Below, piece after piece: positions 38,370 through 47,684 of a stretch of DNA of 64,000 nucleotides. The stretch is from Christensenellaceae bacterium (GTDB lineage Bacteria; Bacillota; Clostridia; Christensenellales; CAG-138): the NCBI GenBank assembly GCA_022510765.1, contig JAFLSU010000003.1, forward strand, positions 5,508-69,507, written 5' to 3'. The position numbers and the translations under genes were made by a program. The notes under the pieces were generated by a model, which saw nothing but the letters and a program-made list of their open reading frames with translations, was not told where the DNA came from and did no database searches. The number at the start of each line of letters is the position of its first letter. Position 1 is the stretch's first letter.

Positions 38370-40451
38370 TCAGTTGATCACGATATTGCTTACAACATTA
38401 TGGTACTTTTCTTTTGCAAGCCTAATGAGGTTCACATTCTTTTCTGTAGGATTTTTGATTATCTCGATCGCAGCATCCCGAGCCTCCGTCAGAGTCTCAA
38501 TATCCATAGCAAGGGATGCGGAACCGAATTCGGATATGCCGTGCTGTCTGGTTCCAAGAAATTCTCCGGGGCCGCGCGTCTCAAGATCCTTTTCGGCAAT
38601 TTTAAAGCCATCGTTGGTCGAAACGAGCGTTTTGAGCCTCTCCTTCACCGTCTGGGTCTGCGATGATGAGAGCAGGAAGCAATGGCTTTCCTTCTCTCCC
38701 CTGCCCACTCGTCCACGAAGCTGGTGAAGCTGAGCAAGTCCGAAGCGATCCGCAGATTCAATAACCATTATGCAGGCGTTCGGCACATCCACGCCCACTT
38801 CGATCACCGTCGTCGAAACGAGCAAATCTATTTCTTGAGCGCGGAATGCGGTCATGATCTCATCTTTTTGAGCATTCTTCAGTCTCCCGTGCATAAGTCC
38901 CAAGCGGACGCTCAAATTGCTTTTGAGCTCATTATATACAGATTCCGCAGAGAGCGTATCCGAAATTTCGTCGTTATCCTCAATCATTGGACAGACGACA
39001 TATGCCTGGATTCCCTGTTCCTTTATGCAGCTTTCGATGTATCTGTACATCGAAACCCGCTTGCTTTTTGGTACATAATGCGTTACGACAGGCTTTCTCC
39101 CTGGAGGCATTCCGTCAACGATCGAAATGTCCAAATCCCCATAGAGTATGAGCGACAGCGTCCTTGGTATCGGAGTCGCACTCATTATCAGCGTGTCGGG
39201 CGCTACGTTTGCCATTACCACATCCTGCGCTGCGAAGTTTGTTGCTTCGTATCGATCTTCGTCCTGGGTCTCACCTTTATGCCCTAACAGCGCACGCTGA
39301 CGAACCCCGAATCTATGCTGTTCGTCCGTAATGACCAGCCCAAGCCGCTTAAACTTCACTTTTCCTTCAATCAGCGCATGCGTACCCGTTATTGCAATAA
39401 TGTCTCCACTCCATATGCCCGCAAGTATGGTATCGCCCTGCTTCTTGCTCATGCTACCAACGATCAGTGCGCATTTTTCACCAAAAATATTTTTGAGCTG
39501 CTTATAATGCTGCTCGGCAAGTATTTCCGTTGGAGCCATAAGTACCGATTGATAACCGTTTTTCATTGCGACAAACATTGCATACAGCGCAAGCACTGTC
39601 TTACCCGACCCGACATCACCCTGGATCAGACGATTCATTGGGGTACTGTGTGCCATGTCTTCGCTTATCTCCCCCATCACCTTTAACTGCGCCTCAGTTG
39701 GGTAAAACGGAAGTTTCGGCAGGAATTCATCGATAGTGTTTTCGGTTTTGAATGCAATGCCATTTGCCGCGCTGCGACCCGAGCGCATTATTTCGAGCAC
39801 GATAGTAAATATAAGCGCATCCTCAAACGAGAGCCTTCGTCTTGCGACGGACAATGCATTCATATCCGTTGGAAAATGCAGATTCCGTATTGCAAACTCG
39901 ATTGGGGCAAGCTTAAATCTATTCCGAATATCGCTGTCAAGAGTCTCGGAAATGCTCTTCACACAGGAATCGACAGCAGCTTTTACAGCATTGCGTATAA
40001 TGTTCTGGTTCAGCCGCTTTGCAAGAGGATACACGGGAAGTATGCCGGGGAGTTTATCAACAAACACTGCGTTTATAAAACGCGCCCCATGCTGCCTGTC
40101 CATTCTCCCGAGGACGTATCCCCCTGTTTCTTTTGGAACGAGCTGCGCTACATACGGTCGATTGAACCATATTGCCTGCATGTTTTCGGAATCGTCGGCA
40201 ACGGAAACGGTAGTAACCGTCATCTTGTTTTTTGTGCGAAAACTCTTTGCGGGGCCGATGAATTTAACGCATACTGCGGCATATTCGCCGTGCTGAACAT
40301 CCGATATTTGTCTCGAAACGGAATAATCAAGATAATCTCTTGGCGAAAAATACATTAGATCGCGTATAGAAAATAGCCCCAAGGCGGCGAACATCTCTGC
40401 TCGTCCGGGGCCAATTCCCCTGATGGAAGTCAGAGCCTCATTAATCTGCAT
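38370..40451 (-). CDS. recG: ATP-dependent DNA helicase RecG
   Basis: Wedge/OB N-domain, helicase motif I GDVGSGKT and motif II DEQHRFG, plus QLHQLRGRVGRG. Confidence 0.95.
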   Translation of the reverse strand: MQINEALTSIRGIGPGRAEMFAALGLFSIRDLMYFSPRDYLDYSVSRQISDVQHGEYAAVCVKFIGPAKSFRTKNKMTVTTVSVADDSENMQAIWFNRPYVAQLVPKETGGYVLGRMDRQHGARFINAVFVDKLPGILPVYPLAKRLNQNIIRNAVKAAVDSCVKSISETLDSDIRNRFKLAPIEFAIRNLHFPTDMNALSVARRRLSFEDALIFTIVLEIMRSGRSAANGIAFKTENTIDEFLPKLPFYPTEAQLKVMGEISEDMAHSTPMNRLIQGDVGSGKTVLALYAMFVAMKNGYQSVLMAPTEILAEQHYKQLKNIFGEKCALIVGSMSKKQGDTILAGIWSGDIIAITGTHALIEGKVKFKRLGLVITDEQHRFGVRQRALLGHKGETQDEDRYEATNFAAQDVVMANVAPDTLIMSATPIPRTLSLILYGDLDISIVDGMPPGRKPVVTHYVPKSKRVSMYRYIESCIKEQGIQAYVVCPMIEDNDEISDTLSAESVYNELKSNLSVRLGLMHGRLKNAQKDEIMTAFRAQEIDLLVSTTVIEVGVDVPNACIMVIESADRFGLAQLHQLRGRVGRGEKESHCFLLSSSQTQTVKERLKTLVSTNDGFKIAEKDLETRGPGEFLGTRQHGISEFGSASLAMDIETLTEARDAAIEIIKNPTEKNVNLIRLAKEKYHNVVSNIVIN

Positions 40452-40454
40452 TCA

Positions 40455-42095
40455 TCATTCAACCGCAATATAGTAATAGTACAGGGGCTGTCCGCCGTTT
40501 TGAACAAGAAACTCGGCATCGGGATAGTCTGGCTCCAGTTTTTCAACGATCTCATTCGCATCATCCTCGGAAGCATCCTCACCAAAATATACGGATACCA
40601 CCCCGTCGCCCTCGCTCTTATCAAGCATATGCCGTATCAGCTGCTCGGTGGTTTCCTGGACGGTCTTTCCAACGACAGCTATCTCGCCATCAACAAGACC
40701 AATAATATCGTTTGTCTCAATGGCATTTCCATCATATGATGTGTCACGAACCGCAAACGTAACAGAACCCGAGATAACGCTTGCAAGCGCAGATTTCATG
40801 GATTCCTGATTTACATCAATCGAACCTTCGGGATTATAGGATATCATCGCCGTTATGCCCTGCACGATGGTGCGCGAAGGAATAACGATGACATTGCAGT
40901 CGCTCATCTTTGCAGCATGCTCCGCAGCAAGGATGATATTGGGATTATTCGGTAAAACAAATACGTTCCGCGCATTTGCCTTCTTAATGGACTGAGCAAT
41001 GGCGTCAATGCTCGGGTTCATCGTTTGTCCACCCTCAATAAGCTGTTCAACACCAAGGCTTTTGAAAACCTCATCAATGCCGCCGCCGACACTGACCGCA
41101 ACGACGCTCATCTCTTTTTCACTCGCCTTGAGCTGCGCGGCAAGCTCCCGATTCTGCTCCCGCATGTTTTCGATTTTAATACTTGAGATTTCACCAAGCC
41201 GCAGTGCAAGTTGCAAAACCTTTCCGGGCGCATTTGAGTGAACATGAACTTTAATAATATCGGCATCATTTACAACGACCACCGAATCACCCAGCTTCAT
41301 GAGCTTTTCACGGAAACTGTCCACCTCTGCGTCATCGGCAGATTCAAGCAGGTGAACAATAAAAAACTCCGTGCAATAACCAAATTTGATGTCGTTAACA
41401 TCTTCAAGCGTAATATTTTGTTCCTCCGTTTTTGGAGAGAAGTCAAAAATATCCTCTATCTTCTCATCAAGCTCCTCACCGTCGATCGCCATTTTGAAAC
41501 CACGATAGATGGTGATCAGTCCCATTCCGCCCGAATCGACAACGCCCGCTTCCTTAAGAACCGGAAGCAGCTCAGGCGTTTTGCGTAGTGCGGCTTCACC
41601 GCTTTCGAGGATAACGTCAATAACTCCGTATGCATTTACGCCGTTATCGGCGGCTCTGCGAACACTTTCAGCAATTATCTTTGAGACGGTAAGCATTGTA
41701 CCTTCCTTGGGCTTCATAACAGCCTTATAGGCAGCAGCCGTACCCATATCAAAGGCATTTGCAAGCATTTCGGCATCAATCTCGTTCTGAACACCCTTTA
41801 ATGCCTTTGAAAAGCCGCGGAAAATCTGTGACAGAATAACACCCGAGTTGCCCCTTGCCCCCTTAAGTGCGCCCATAGCAAGCGCAGAGGCAATGCCCTC
41901 GATCGTTTCGGGGTTGGATTGGCGAATCTCCATAACAGCGCGCTGCATGGTCATGGACATATTTGTACCCGTATCCCCGTCGGGCACAGGAAAAACGTTC
42001 ATTGCGTCAATGGTCTGCTTGTTCTTTTCAAGGAAAGCAGCTCCCATAAAAAGCATTTCCCTGAACAATGAACTGTCTATCGTTCGTTCAAACAA
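40455..42095 (-). CDS. DAK2-domain fusion protein YloV
   Basis: N-terminal DhaL/DAK2 motif PDGDTGTNM, with a C-terminal DegV-like region. The conserved context is asp23-yloV-recG. Confidence 0.9.
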   Translation of the reverse strand: MFERTIDSSLFREMLFMGAAFLEKNKQTIDAMNVFPVPDGDTGTNMSMTMQRAVMEIRQSNPETIEGIASALAMGALKGARGNSGVILSQIFRGFSKALKGVQNEIDAEMLANAFDMGTAAAYKAVMKPKEGTMLTVSKIIAESVRRAADNGVNAYGVIDVILESGEAALRKTPELLPVLKEAGVVDSGGMGLITIYRGFKMAIDGEELDEKIEDIFDFSPKTEEQNITLEDVNDIKFGYCTEFFIVHLLESADDAEVDSFREKLMKLGDSVVVVNDADIIKVHVHSNAPGKVLQLALRLGEISSIKIENMREQNRELAAQLKASEKEMSVVAVSVGGGIDEVFKSLGVEQLIEGGQTMNPSIDAIAQSIKKANARNVFVLPNNPNIILAAEHAAKMSDCNVIVIPSRTIVQGITAMISYNPEGSIDVNQESMKSALASVISGSVTFAVRDTSYDGNAIETNDIIGLVDGEIAVVGKTVQETTEQLIRHMLDKSEGDGVVSVYFGEDASEDDANEIVEKLEPDYPDAEFLVQNGGQPLYYYYIAVE

Positions 42096-42187
42096 AGTTT
42101 TAACCTCCGGTGGAAATCAACAGGTCATAATCGTGTAACGATACGAATTACAACCAACTATTATAAAAGCATGGTTATAACTGTAAG

Positions 42188-42541
42188 TTACACCCTTATT
42201 GCCTCAACATAAATGTTTACATACTCAACGCTCAATCCCGTCATATCCTCGACACGGTATTTAACATTGCTGATCGTATTGTTCGCAACGGCAGGAAGCG
42301 ACACTCCATACATGAGCGTAACATACAAATCGATACCGATATGGGTGTCATCCTTGACGGTCACCTTAACTCCGCGCTTTATGTTCTCGCTGCCCACAAG
42401 CTGCAATAAAGCATCACCCGCATTCTTGCTGCTCATCGCCACTATGCCATAATTCTCGCTCGCAGCCGAACCTGCTATGCTTGCCAGCATATCCTCGTTC
42501 AGCATGATCTTCCCAAGCTCATTCTTTATCATCGCAGACAT
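42188..42541 (-). CDS. Asp23/Gls24 (alkaline shock protein, YloU-like)
   Basis: 117 aa. The pattern ASIAGSAASENYGIVAM...VKVTV...IDLYV...YGVSLP is typical of Asp23. It lies upstream of yloV. Confidence 0.85.
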   Translation of the reverse strand: MSAMIKNELGKIMLNEDMLASIAGSAASENYGIVAMSSKNAGDALLQLVGSENIKRGVKVTVKDDTHIGIDLYVTLMYGVSLPAVANNTISNVKYRVEDMTGLSVEYVNIYVEAIRV

Positions 42542-42579
42542 ATATTACCTCCAACGGATTATTTTCAATCATAGCAAAT

Positions 42580-42608
42580 ATTATACATCATCATGTGCGC
42601 TTATGCAA
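42580..42608 (-). promoter_or_regulatory. Candidate sigma-A promoter for asp23-yloV-recG
   Basis: Minus strand reads TTGCAT (42608..42603), 17-nt spacer, TATAAT (42585..42580), about 40 nt upstream of the start. Confidence 0.55.
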
Positions 42609-42718
42609 GCTTTGATGACTGAGAGCGGAATGATGAAACAAATAATCGTAACCTATGGACTCGCAGCGAACCCGTTTGAATAATACGGAATCACTTAATC
42701 ATGATATATAGGTTACAA

Positions 42719-43255
42719 TCAAGTTGATTCTGTTTCAGCGTCGGTCTTATCCGGCAGTTTTGGAAGCTCCTCTATCGAATGAAGTCCAAACCTACGCAAA
42801 AACGCGTCGGTCGTTCCGAACATCATTGGGCGGCCTACACAATCCTTCCGACCCAGCTCCTTGATGAAGCCCTGTTTGAGTAGCTGCGATACGGAATAGT
42901 CGCATTTTACTCCACGAACGGATTCGATGTCGGCGCGGGTAACGGGCTGACGATAAGCAATTACCGAAAGCGTCTCCATCATGGAGTCGCTCAATGTTCT
43001 TTCTTCAGGCGGAGCGAGCAATTTTACCAGCCATTCGTCGTACTCCGGATTGGTCACGAGCTGCACGGTATCTTCCGTTATAAATAGCCGTGTTCCTCTC
43101 TGCTGCTCTTTGATGAGTTGAGCCATGTTTCCAAGCGTGGAACGCATTTCTAAAGCCGTCATATCGAACACTCTTTGCAATTCGACTATGCTTATCGGCT
43201 CACCCGATACATATAGTATGCTTTCGATAGCTCCAAACAGCTTAGCCTGCTCCAT
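42719..43255 (-). CDS. scpB: Segregation and condensation protein B
   Basis: The winged-helix pair pattern (IESILYVSGEPISI..., LSVIAYRQPVTRADIESVRGV) fits, and the gene follows scpA. Confidence 0.9.
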   Translation of the reverse strand: MEQAKLFGAIESILYVSGEPISIVELQRVFDMTALEMRSTLGNMAQLIKEQQRGTRLFITEDTVQLVTNPEYDEWLVKLLAPPEERTLSDSMMETLSVIAYRQPVTRADIESVRGVKCDYSVSQLLKQGFIKELGRKDCVGRPMMFGTTDAFLRRFGLHSIEELPKLPDKTDAETEST

Positions 43256-43258
43256 AAA

Positions 43259-44020
43259 CTAATCCAATTCATCCATATAATTCAATCTATCGTCATGCAT
43301 AATCAGCTTTACCGCATAGATCCTTATGCTACCACAGTAGCCGTTTTGCACGAGCCTGATTTCACCACCAGATATCATTTCAAGCATAGCCATAAAGGTG
43401 ACGATTATCTCCATTCGTCCGGCATCAGCTATGAGGGATTCGAAGGTCGATTCACCACCGTTCAGGTTGAGCGCATTGCGGATTTTATGGGTGCATGATC
43501 GTATCGTGAATCTGTCAGCGTTGACCTCATGTATTGGTTCCTTAATCTCTACTTCATCCTTGCGGTTTAGAGCAGCAAGCATCGCTTCGAACAACGCCTG
43601 TACGCTCGTATCGCGCAGAATGATCTCCCTTGGCGGAAGCGAGAATTCCTCGGGCAGCTTAGCACGCATTGCGTGTGCTTCATGCGCAAGCTCTCTCATC
43701 ATCGCCGAAACCCGCTTAAAGGCCTTATACTCCTGAAGCTGTTTGACGAGAAGCTCGCCCGAATCCTCCTCACCATCCTCATCTTTGGGAGCAGGCGGAA
43801 ACAGCGAACGAGATTTCATGTATACGAGCGTAGCTGCAACGCTCAAAAACTCACTTGCCTGCTCCATATCCAACTCATCAAGCTCCTTAAGGTATTCAAG
43901 GAACATGGAGGTTATCTCGGACACGAATATGTCCTTTATGTCAACCTCCGCCTTTTCGATGAGGTGTAGAAGCAGATCCAGCGGTCCGTCAAATTGTTTC
44001 AGGTGGATGCGGTAGTCCAT
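43259..44020 (-). CDS. scpA: Segregation and condensation protein A (kleisin)
   Basis: FDGPLDLLLHLIEKAEVDIKDI is the N-terminus typical of ScpA. Length is 253 aa. Confidence 0.9.
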   Translation of the reverse strand: MDYRIHLKQFDGPLDLLLHLIEKAEVDIKDIFVSEITSMFLEYLKELDELDMEQASEFLSVAATLVYMKSRSLFPPAPKDEDGEEDSGELLVKQLQEYKAFKRVSAMMRELAHEAHAMRAKLPEEFSLPPREIILRDTSVQALFEAMLAALNRKDEVEIKEPIHEVNADRFTIRSCTHKIRNALNLNGGESTFESLIADAGRMEIIVTFMAMLEMISGGEIRLVQNGYCGSIRIYAVKLIMHDDRLNYMDELD

Positions 44021-44027
44021 TTCGCCA

Positions 44028-44762
44028 TCACGCGAACAGGGAGAATATCAACCCGAACAGTCCCATCACTCCGTTCGCAACGGCATTGGCCGCTATGCCA
44101 ACGATAGAGAAGCTCCCCGTTCTGCCAAGTAAAATTATACCGATGAGCAGGAAGTTCCCATACTTTCGAAGGAAAATGAACGGCTTGGGTCCTAAGTATT
44201 TGGCAAGCAAAACCTCTGCAACATGGAAACCATCCAACGGATAAATAGGCAATAGGTTGAATACCAGCAGACAGCAGTTCAGCAGCACAAAATAGTACAG
44301 AACCAAGTAAATCTTTTGCAGCGCACCTACTGTGAAAACCTTTATTCCACATGTGGTAATCAAGACTTGGATCAACAGGGCACCAATGCAGGCAAGCAGA
44401 AGATTCATCGTAACGCCGGCAAGCGAAACGACCAGCTCGCCCTTTCGGTAGCTGCGGTAATTACGCGGATTGACAGGTACGGGTTTTGCCCAGCCGAAAT
44501 GGAAGATCACCATCATTAACATACCGATGGGGTCTACATGCGCAAGCGGATTCAGCGTCAGCCTTCCCTCGTTTCGCGCAGTCGGATCGCCCATCTTGTA
44601 CGCAGCATAAGCATGACCAAACTCATGAAAGCTTAATGCAATGATTATTGCCGGCAGCGTATATATCAATTCTTGAAGCCACTCTATGAGCCATTCCATA
44701 TATTGCTTTATTCTCCTCATCTCAATAAATCGGGCACACAATACAGTACCCCTATTTTTCAA
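44028..44762 (-). CDS. Site-2 protease family (peptidase M50) membrane metalloprotease
   Basis: HEFGHAYAA (HExxH) lies in a TM helix, with a downstream LNLLPIYPLDG (NxxPxxxLDG) motif. The start is uncertain; internal Met codons at MEWL and MRRI are alternatives. Confidence 0.8.
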   Translation of the reverse strand: MKNRGTVLCARFIEMRRIKQYMEWLIEWLQELIYTLPAIIIALSFHEFGHAYAAYKMGDPTARNEGRLTLNPLAHVDPIGMLMMVIFHFGWAKPVPVNPRNYRSYRKGELVVSLAGVTMNLLLACIGALLIQVLITTCGIKVFTVGALQKIYLVLYYFVLLNCCLLVFNLLPIYPLDGFHVAEVLLAKYLGPKPFIFLRKYGNFLLIGIILLGRTGSFSIVGIAANAVANGVMGLFGLIFSLFA

Positions 44763-44846
44763 GACATTTTAGCACACCTTAGAGACATACGCAATATTTT
44801 CGGCGTTGATATACCCAATGCCCAAATGTATGGCAAACGAGAATAC

Positions 44847-46019
44847 TCAAAAGTTCGAAATCCACCCGTGCAGTATCGATCGTATGTAATCGAAAATCGA
44901 TGATTTTTCTATTGCCTCGGCTGAAACGAGCTTTGCCTGCATTATCAATGCGCCTGATCTATCAGTGTATCGCACTATGCCAATCTCTTGACCTGCGTAG
45001 ATTGGGGCAACAAGGTTGGTATATAGCTCGACCTCGGTAAAATACTGAGTGTCGGCCATGCTCATAAGCATCATAACGTCCTGCTTCATCACGGCGTTCA
45101 CGCTACGCTTAATGCCGCCTACTACCTGAGCCTCACCAAAATTATCCCCCTCTTTTGCAACAAGAACGTTTCTGAACGAGGCGAATCCATAGTCCAGCAT
45201 CTCTATCCCAAGTCCGAACCGCTTTGAGCTGTTATCTGCTCCGAGTACGACAGCAATGTATGAGGTAGTACCTCTGGTTGCTGCGAAAATGGCGCAGTAT
45301 CCAGCTTCGGCTGATGAGCCTGTTGCAATTCCGAGACAGCCGGAGTACTGCTTGATCAGCTTGTTCGGGTTGGCAAGCTCAGTAGCGGACGCACCGGTTG
45401 CATGTTCGATCGTTTCATAATACATCGTTCCGAATCGGCAATAGGTATCGCTACCAAGCAATGCTAAACCAATTTTTGAAAGCTCGGCTGCTGAAAGTAC
45501 AAGTCCCGATCCGCAGATATCCGATGCCGAGTATTCAACGCCAAGAGCCTTCATTCGTTCATTTATTCGTTCCACTGCGGCATTTTCGGAACCCGTCACC
45601 GCACATGCGAGCGAATGTATTGCGTCTCCTGCGTTTATCATAACAGCCGCCATCATCATATCTGCCGCCCGCATCTGTTCGCCTGATGCCAGGAAGGCCG
45701 TCGTGCCGCCAATTTTTGAAGCTTTATCGCTGACGCTTATCAGGGTATCGTCAAGCAGCATCCCCACATCGAATGCTTCACATATCATAAGCAAGGCGGG
45801 AAGCTTGGACAGTCCCGCGACGGGAAGCTTTGCATCCTTTTCGTGCTCGTAAAGTATGCGCCCCGAGTCGGCATCCATCAAAAGCGCTGCGTCTATACCA
45901 TTCGTGTCGAAAGATACCTCCGCTGATGACACGAGACCAATCCCAAGAAACACGCATACGGCAAGGATCAGAGCAATTCTTTTTTTGACCATAATAATCA
46001 CCATGCCTTTGCAGAGCAA
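44847..46019 (-). CDS. D-alanyl-D-alanine carboxypeptidase (peptidase S11, PBP5-like; DacB/DacF-type)
   Basis: Signal peptide MVKKRIALILAVCVFLGIGLVSSAE and the SxxK motif GLSKLPALLM. The start is uncertain (TTG 46019, ATG 46004 or ATG 45992). Confidence 0.8.
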   Translation of the reverse strand: MLCKGMVIIMVKKRIALILAVCVFLGIGLVSSAEVSFDTNGIDAALLMDADSGRILYEHEKDAKLPVAGLSKLPALLMICEAFDVGMLLDDTLISVSDKASKIGGTTAFLASGEQMRAADMMMAAVMINAGDAIHSLACAVTGSENAAVERINERMKALGVEYSASDICGSGLVLSAAELSKIGLALLGSDTYCRFGTMYYETIEHATGASATELANPNKLIKQYSGCLGIATGSSAEAGYCAIFAATRGTTSYIAVVLGADNSSKRFGLGIEMLDYGFASFRNVLVAKEGDNFGEAQVVGGIKRSVNAVMKQDVMMLMSMADTQYFTEVELYTNLVAPIYAGQEIGIVRYTDRSGALIMQAKLVSAEAIEKSSIFDYIRSILHGWISNF

Positions 46020-46049
46020 AGGCTTCCTTCCTTCCGGAGTTTGAGGCGT

Positions 46050-46235
46050 TTTTCACGAAGTGAAAATTGCCGCCCGACGCGGCAAAGGCTCAAAAACGGG
46101 GTGTGAAAATTTATTTTTCACACTATAAACCTCTCCGACGATATTCGCTATAGCATATTCATCGGAGAGGCAGTATTATTCTAAATCCGGTTGGTATTTT
46201 GTCGGCGCGCCTTATGCTAAAGCATTTTTAGCATA
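46050..46235. repeat. Cluster of five perfect short hairpins/palindromes in the deoB-dac intergenic region
   Basis: A is TTTTCAC/GTGAAAA (46050..46066). B is TTGCCGC/GCGGCAA (46067..46085). C is GTGTGAAAA/TTTTCACAC (46101..46123). D is CCTCTCCGA/TCGGAGAGG (46130..46170). E is TATGCTAAA/TTTAGCATA (46213..46235). On the minus strand, D is followed by TTTATAG and B by TTTTCAC, so these two are likely terminators. Confidence 0.85.
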
Positions 46236-46241
46236 GGGCAA

Positions 46242-47405
46242 TCAAAGACCTATGGTTTTCATAAAGGATCTGCCGCACCGCCAAGATTCCCCGGTCAGAA
46301 ATTTATACACCGTCGCGCCTATGTCCGCAAAAGTTCTAAGCGTTCCAAGCGGCACGGAACTAACGCCGTGTCCGTAGGCAAGCACGGGGATATATTCCCT
46401 CGTGTGATCGGTTCCGGGATGGCATGGATCGCAGCCGTGATCAGCGGTGATTATAAGCAAGTCATGCTCAGAAAGTGCGTTCAAAAGTTCAGGAAGCCGA
46501 GAGTCAAAATACTCAAGCGCAGCTGCATAGCCTTCGACATCGTTTCGATGCCCATAGAGCATATCAAAATCAACACAATTCGTAAATATAAAATCTCCAT
46601 CGCCATTGCGTATATATCTCAGCGTAGCGTCAATGCTGTCGTGATTATTCTTTGTATGATCCACGGTGGTGATCCCACGTTTTGCAAATATATCTTCTAT
46701 TTTGCCAATACCAATGACATTCATACCCTTCGCGGTAAGGGCATCGAGTATTGTATCTTCCATCGGTTCAAGTGCGAAATCACGTCTGTTTTCAGTGCGA
46801 GTATAATTCCCGTGCGCTCCAATAAAGGGTCTTGCTATGACCCTTCCGACGAGATTATCCCCCACAAGCATTTCCCGGGCCGTTTCGCACATTGCATAAA
46901 GCTCATCAAGCGGAACCACTTCCTCATGCGCTGCAATCTGAAAAACACTATCTGCCGAGGTGTAAACTATGGGTTTCCCTGATTCAACATGCTCATTTCC
47001 AAGCTCATTTATGATCACGGTGCCTGAAGCGACTTTATTTCCGAGGGTACCCCGGCCTATTTTTGCCTCAAACTCATCCATGACCTCCTTTGGGAAACCA
47101 TGCGGATAGGTGCGGAACGGGATGTTCATCGTAAAGCCCGCCATCTCCCAATGCCCACTCGTTGTGTCCTTTGCCAATGTAGTTTCCATTGCGCGGCCGT
47201 AAGCCGCCTTTGCGTTCGGATTGTAGGGAAGGCGCGAACCTTTGATATTTCCTATGCCAAGGCTCACAAGATTGGGCATGAAGATAGGACGAACCGAATT
47301 TATGTTGCCTAAAGTGTGCGCACCAATATCGCCGAACTCGGCTGCGTCCGGCAGTGCGCCAATGCCCACGCTGTCCAGAACGATAATAATTGCACGTTTT
47401 TTCAT
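46242..47405 (-). CDS. deoB: Phosphopentomutase
   Basis: VLDSVGIGALPDA, the ADHGCDP metal-binding motif and TDHTREYIP. ATG at 47405 is preceded by AGGAGA with an 8-nt spacer. Confidence 0.95.
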   Translation of the reverse strand: MKKRAIIIVLDSVGIGALPDAAEFGDIGAHTLGNINSVRPIFMPNLVSLGIGNIKGSRLPYNPNAKAAYGRAMETTLAKDTTSGHWEMAGFTMNIPFRTYPHGFPKEVMDEFEAKIGRGTLGNKVASGTVIINELGNEHVESGKPIVYTSADSVFQIAAHEEVVPLDELYAMCETAREMLVGDNLVGRVIARPFIGAHGNYTRTENRRDFALEPMEDTILDALTAKGMNVIGIGKIEDIFAKRGITTVDHTKNNHDSIDATLRYIRNGDGDFIFTNCVDFDMLYGHRNDVEGYAAALEYFDSRLPELLNALSEHDLLIITADHGCDPCHPGTDHTREYIPVLAYGHGVSSVPLGTLRTFADIGATVYKFLTGESWRCGRSFMKTIGL

Positions 47406-47481
47406 GTACAATGTCTCCTAAACGAACATTTATGTCTAAAGTAATCTCCGTATGACAAATGCATATATTATTCCGTTTGCA

Positions 47482-47510
47482 TTGCCGAAAGCACTATGCT
47501 ATGCTATAAT
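47482..47510 (+). promoter_or_regulatory. Candidate sigma-A promoter for tRNA-Arg
   Basis: TTGCCG (47482..47487), 17-nt spacer, TATAAT (47505..47510), 13 nt before the tRNA 5' end. Confidence 0.5.
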
Positions 47511-47523
47511 AACAATACGGCAT

Positions 47524-47600
47524 GTACCCGTAGCTCAGCTGGATAGAGCGTCAGACTCCGACTCTGAAGGCCGCGCGTTCGAATCGCGCCGGGTACGCCA
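47524..47600 (+). tRNA. tRNA-Arg (anticodon CCG), CCA encoded
   Basis: Hand-folded cloverleaf. The acceptor is GTACCCG/CGGGTAC and the D arm is GCTC-AGCTGGATA-GAGC. The anticodon stem TCAGA/TCTGA closes the loop CTCCGAC (anticodon CCG). The T arm is GCGCG-TTCGAAT-CGCGC, with discriminator G and a CCA end. Confidence 0.95.
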
Positions 47601-47602
47601 CG

Positions 47603-47638
47603 TCGTCGCGGGCTGCATTGCTCGTGACGATTTTTATT
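47603..47638 (+). terminator. Rho-independent terminator after tRNA-Arg
   Basis: 8-bp stem, TCGTCGCG with CGTGACGA (one G-U pair), and a 12-nt loop, followed by TTTTTATT. Confidence 0.7.
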
Positions 47639-47684
47639 GTTTGTATTAAAATCGTCGCAGCTTTTTTGCTGTTATTTCATTAGC

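Noticed and set aside
46101-46123. Reading GTGTGAAAA...TTTTCACAC as a CRP/FNR-type site (TGTGA-N6-TCACA) or as a CodY box.
   Set aside because: The TGTGA and TCACA halves are 11 nt apart instead of 6. The CodY 15-mer AATTTTCWGAAAATT is not present contiguously, so only half-site resemblance exists.
47524-47600. The singleton tRNA-Arg(CCG) as an integration hot spot with an adjacent island.
   Set aside because: The flanking genes (deoB, ydcF-like, rng) are core functions. I noticed no duplicated tRNA 3' segment and no integrase nearby.
47452-47649. A 65-aa ORF spanning the tRNA-Arg region.
   Set aside because: The sequence folds into a canonical 77-nt tRNA with its own promoter and terminator, so the ORF is incidental.
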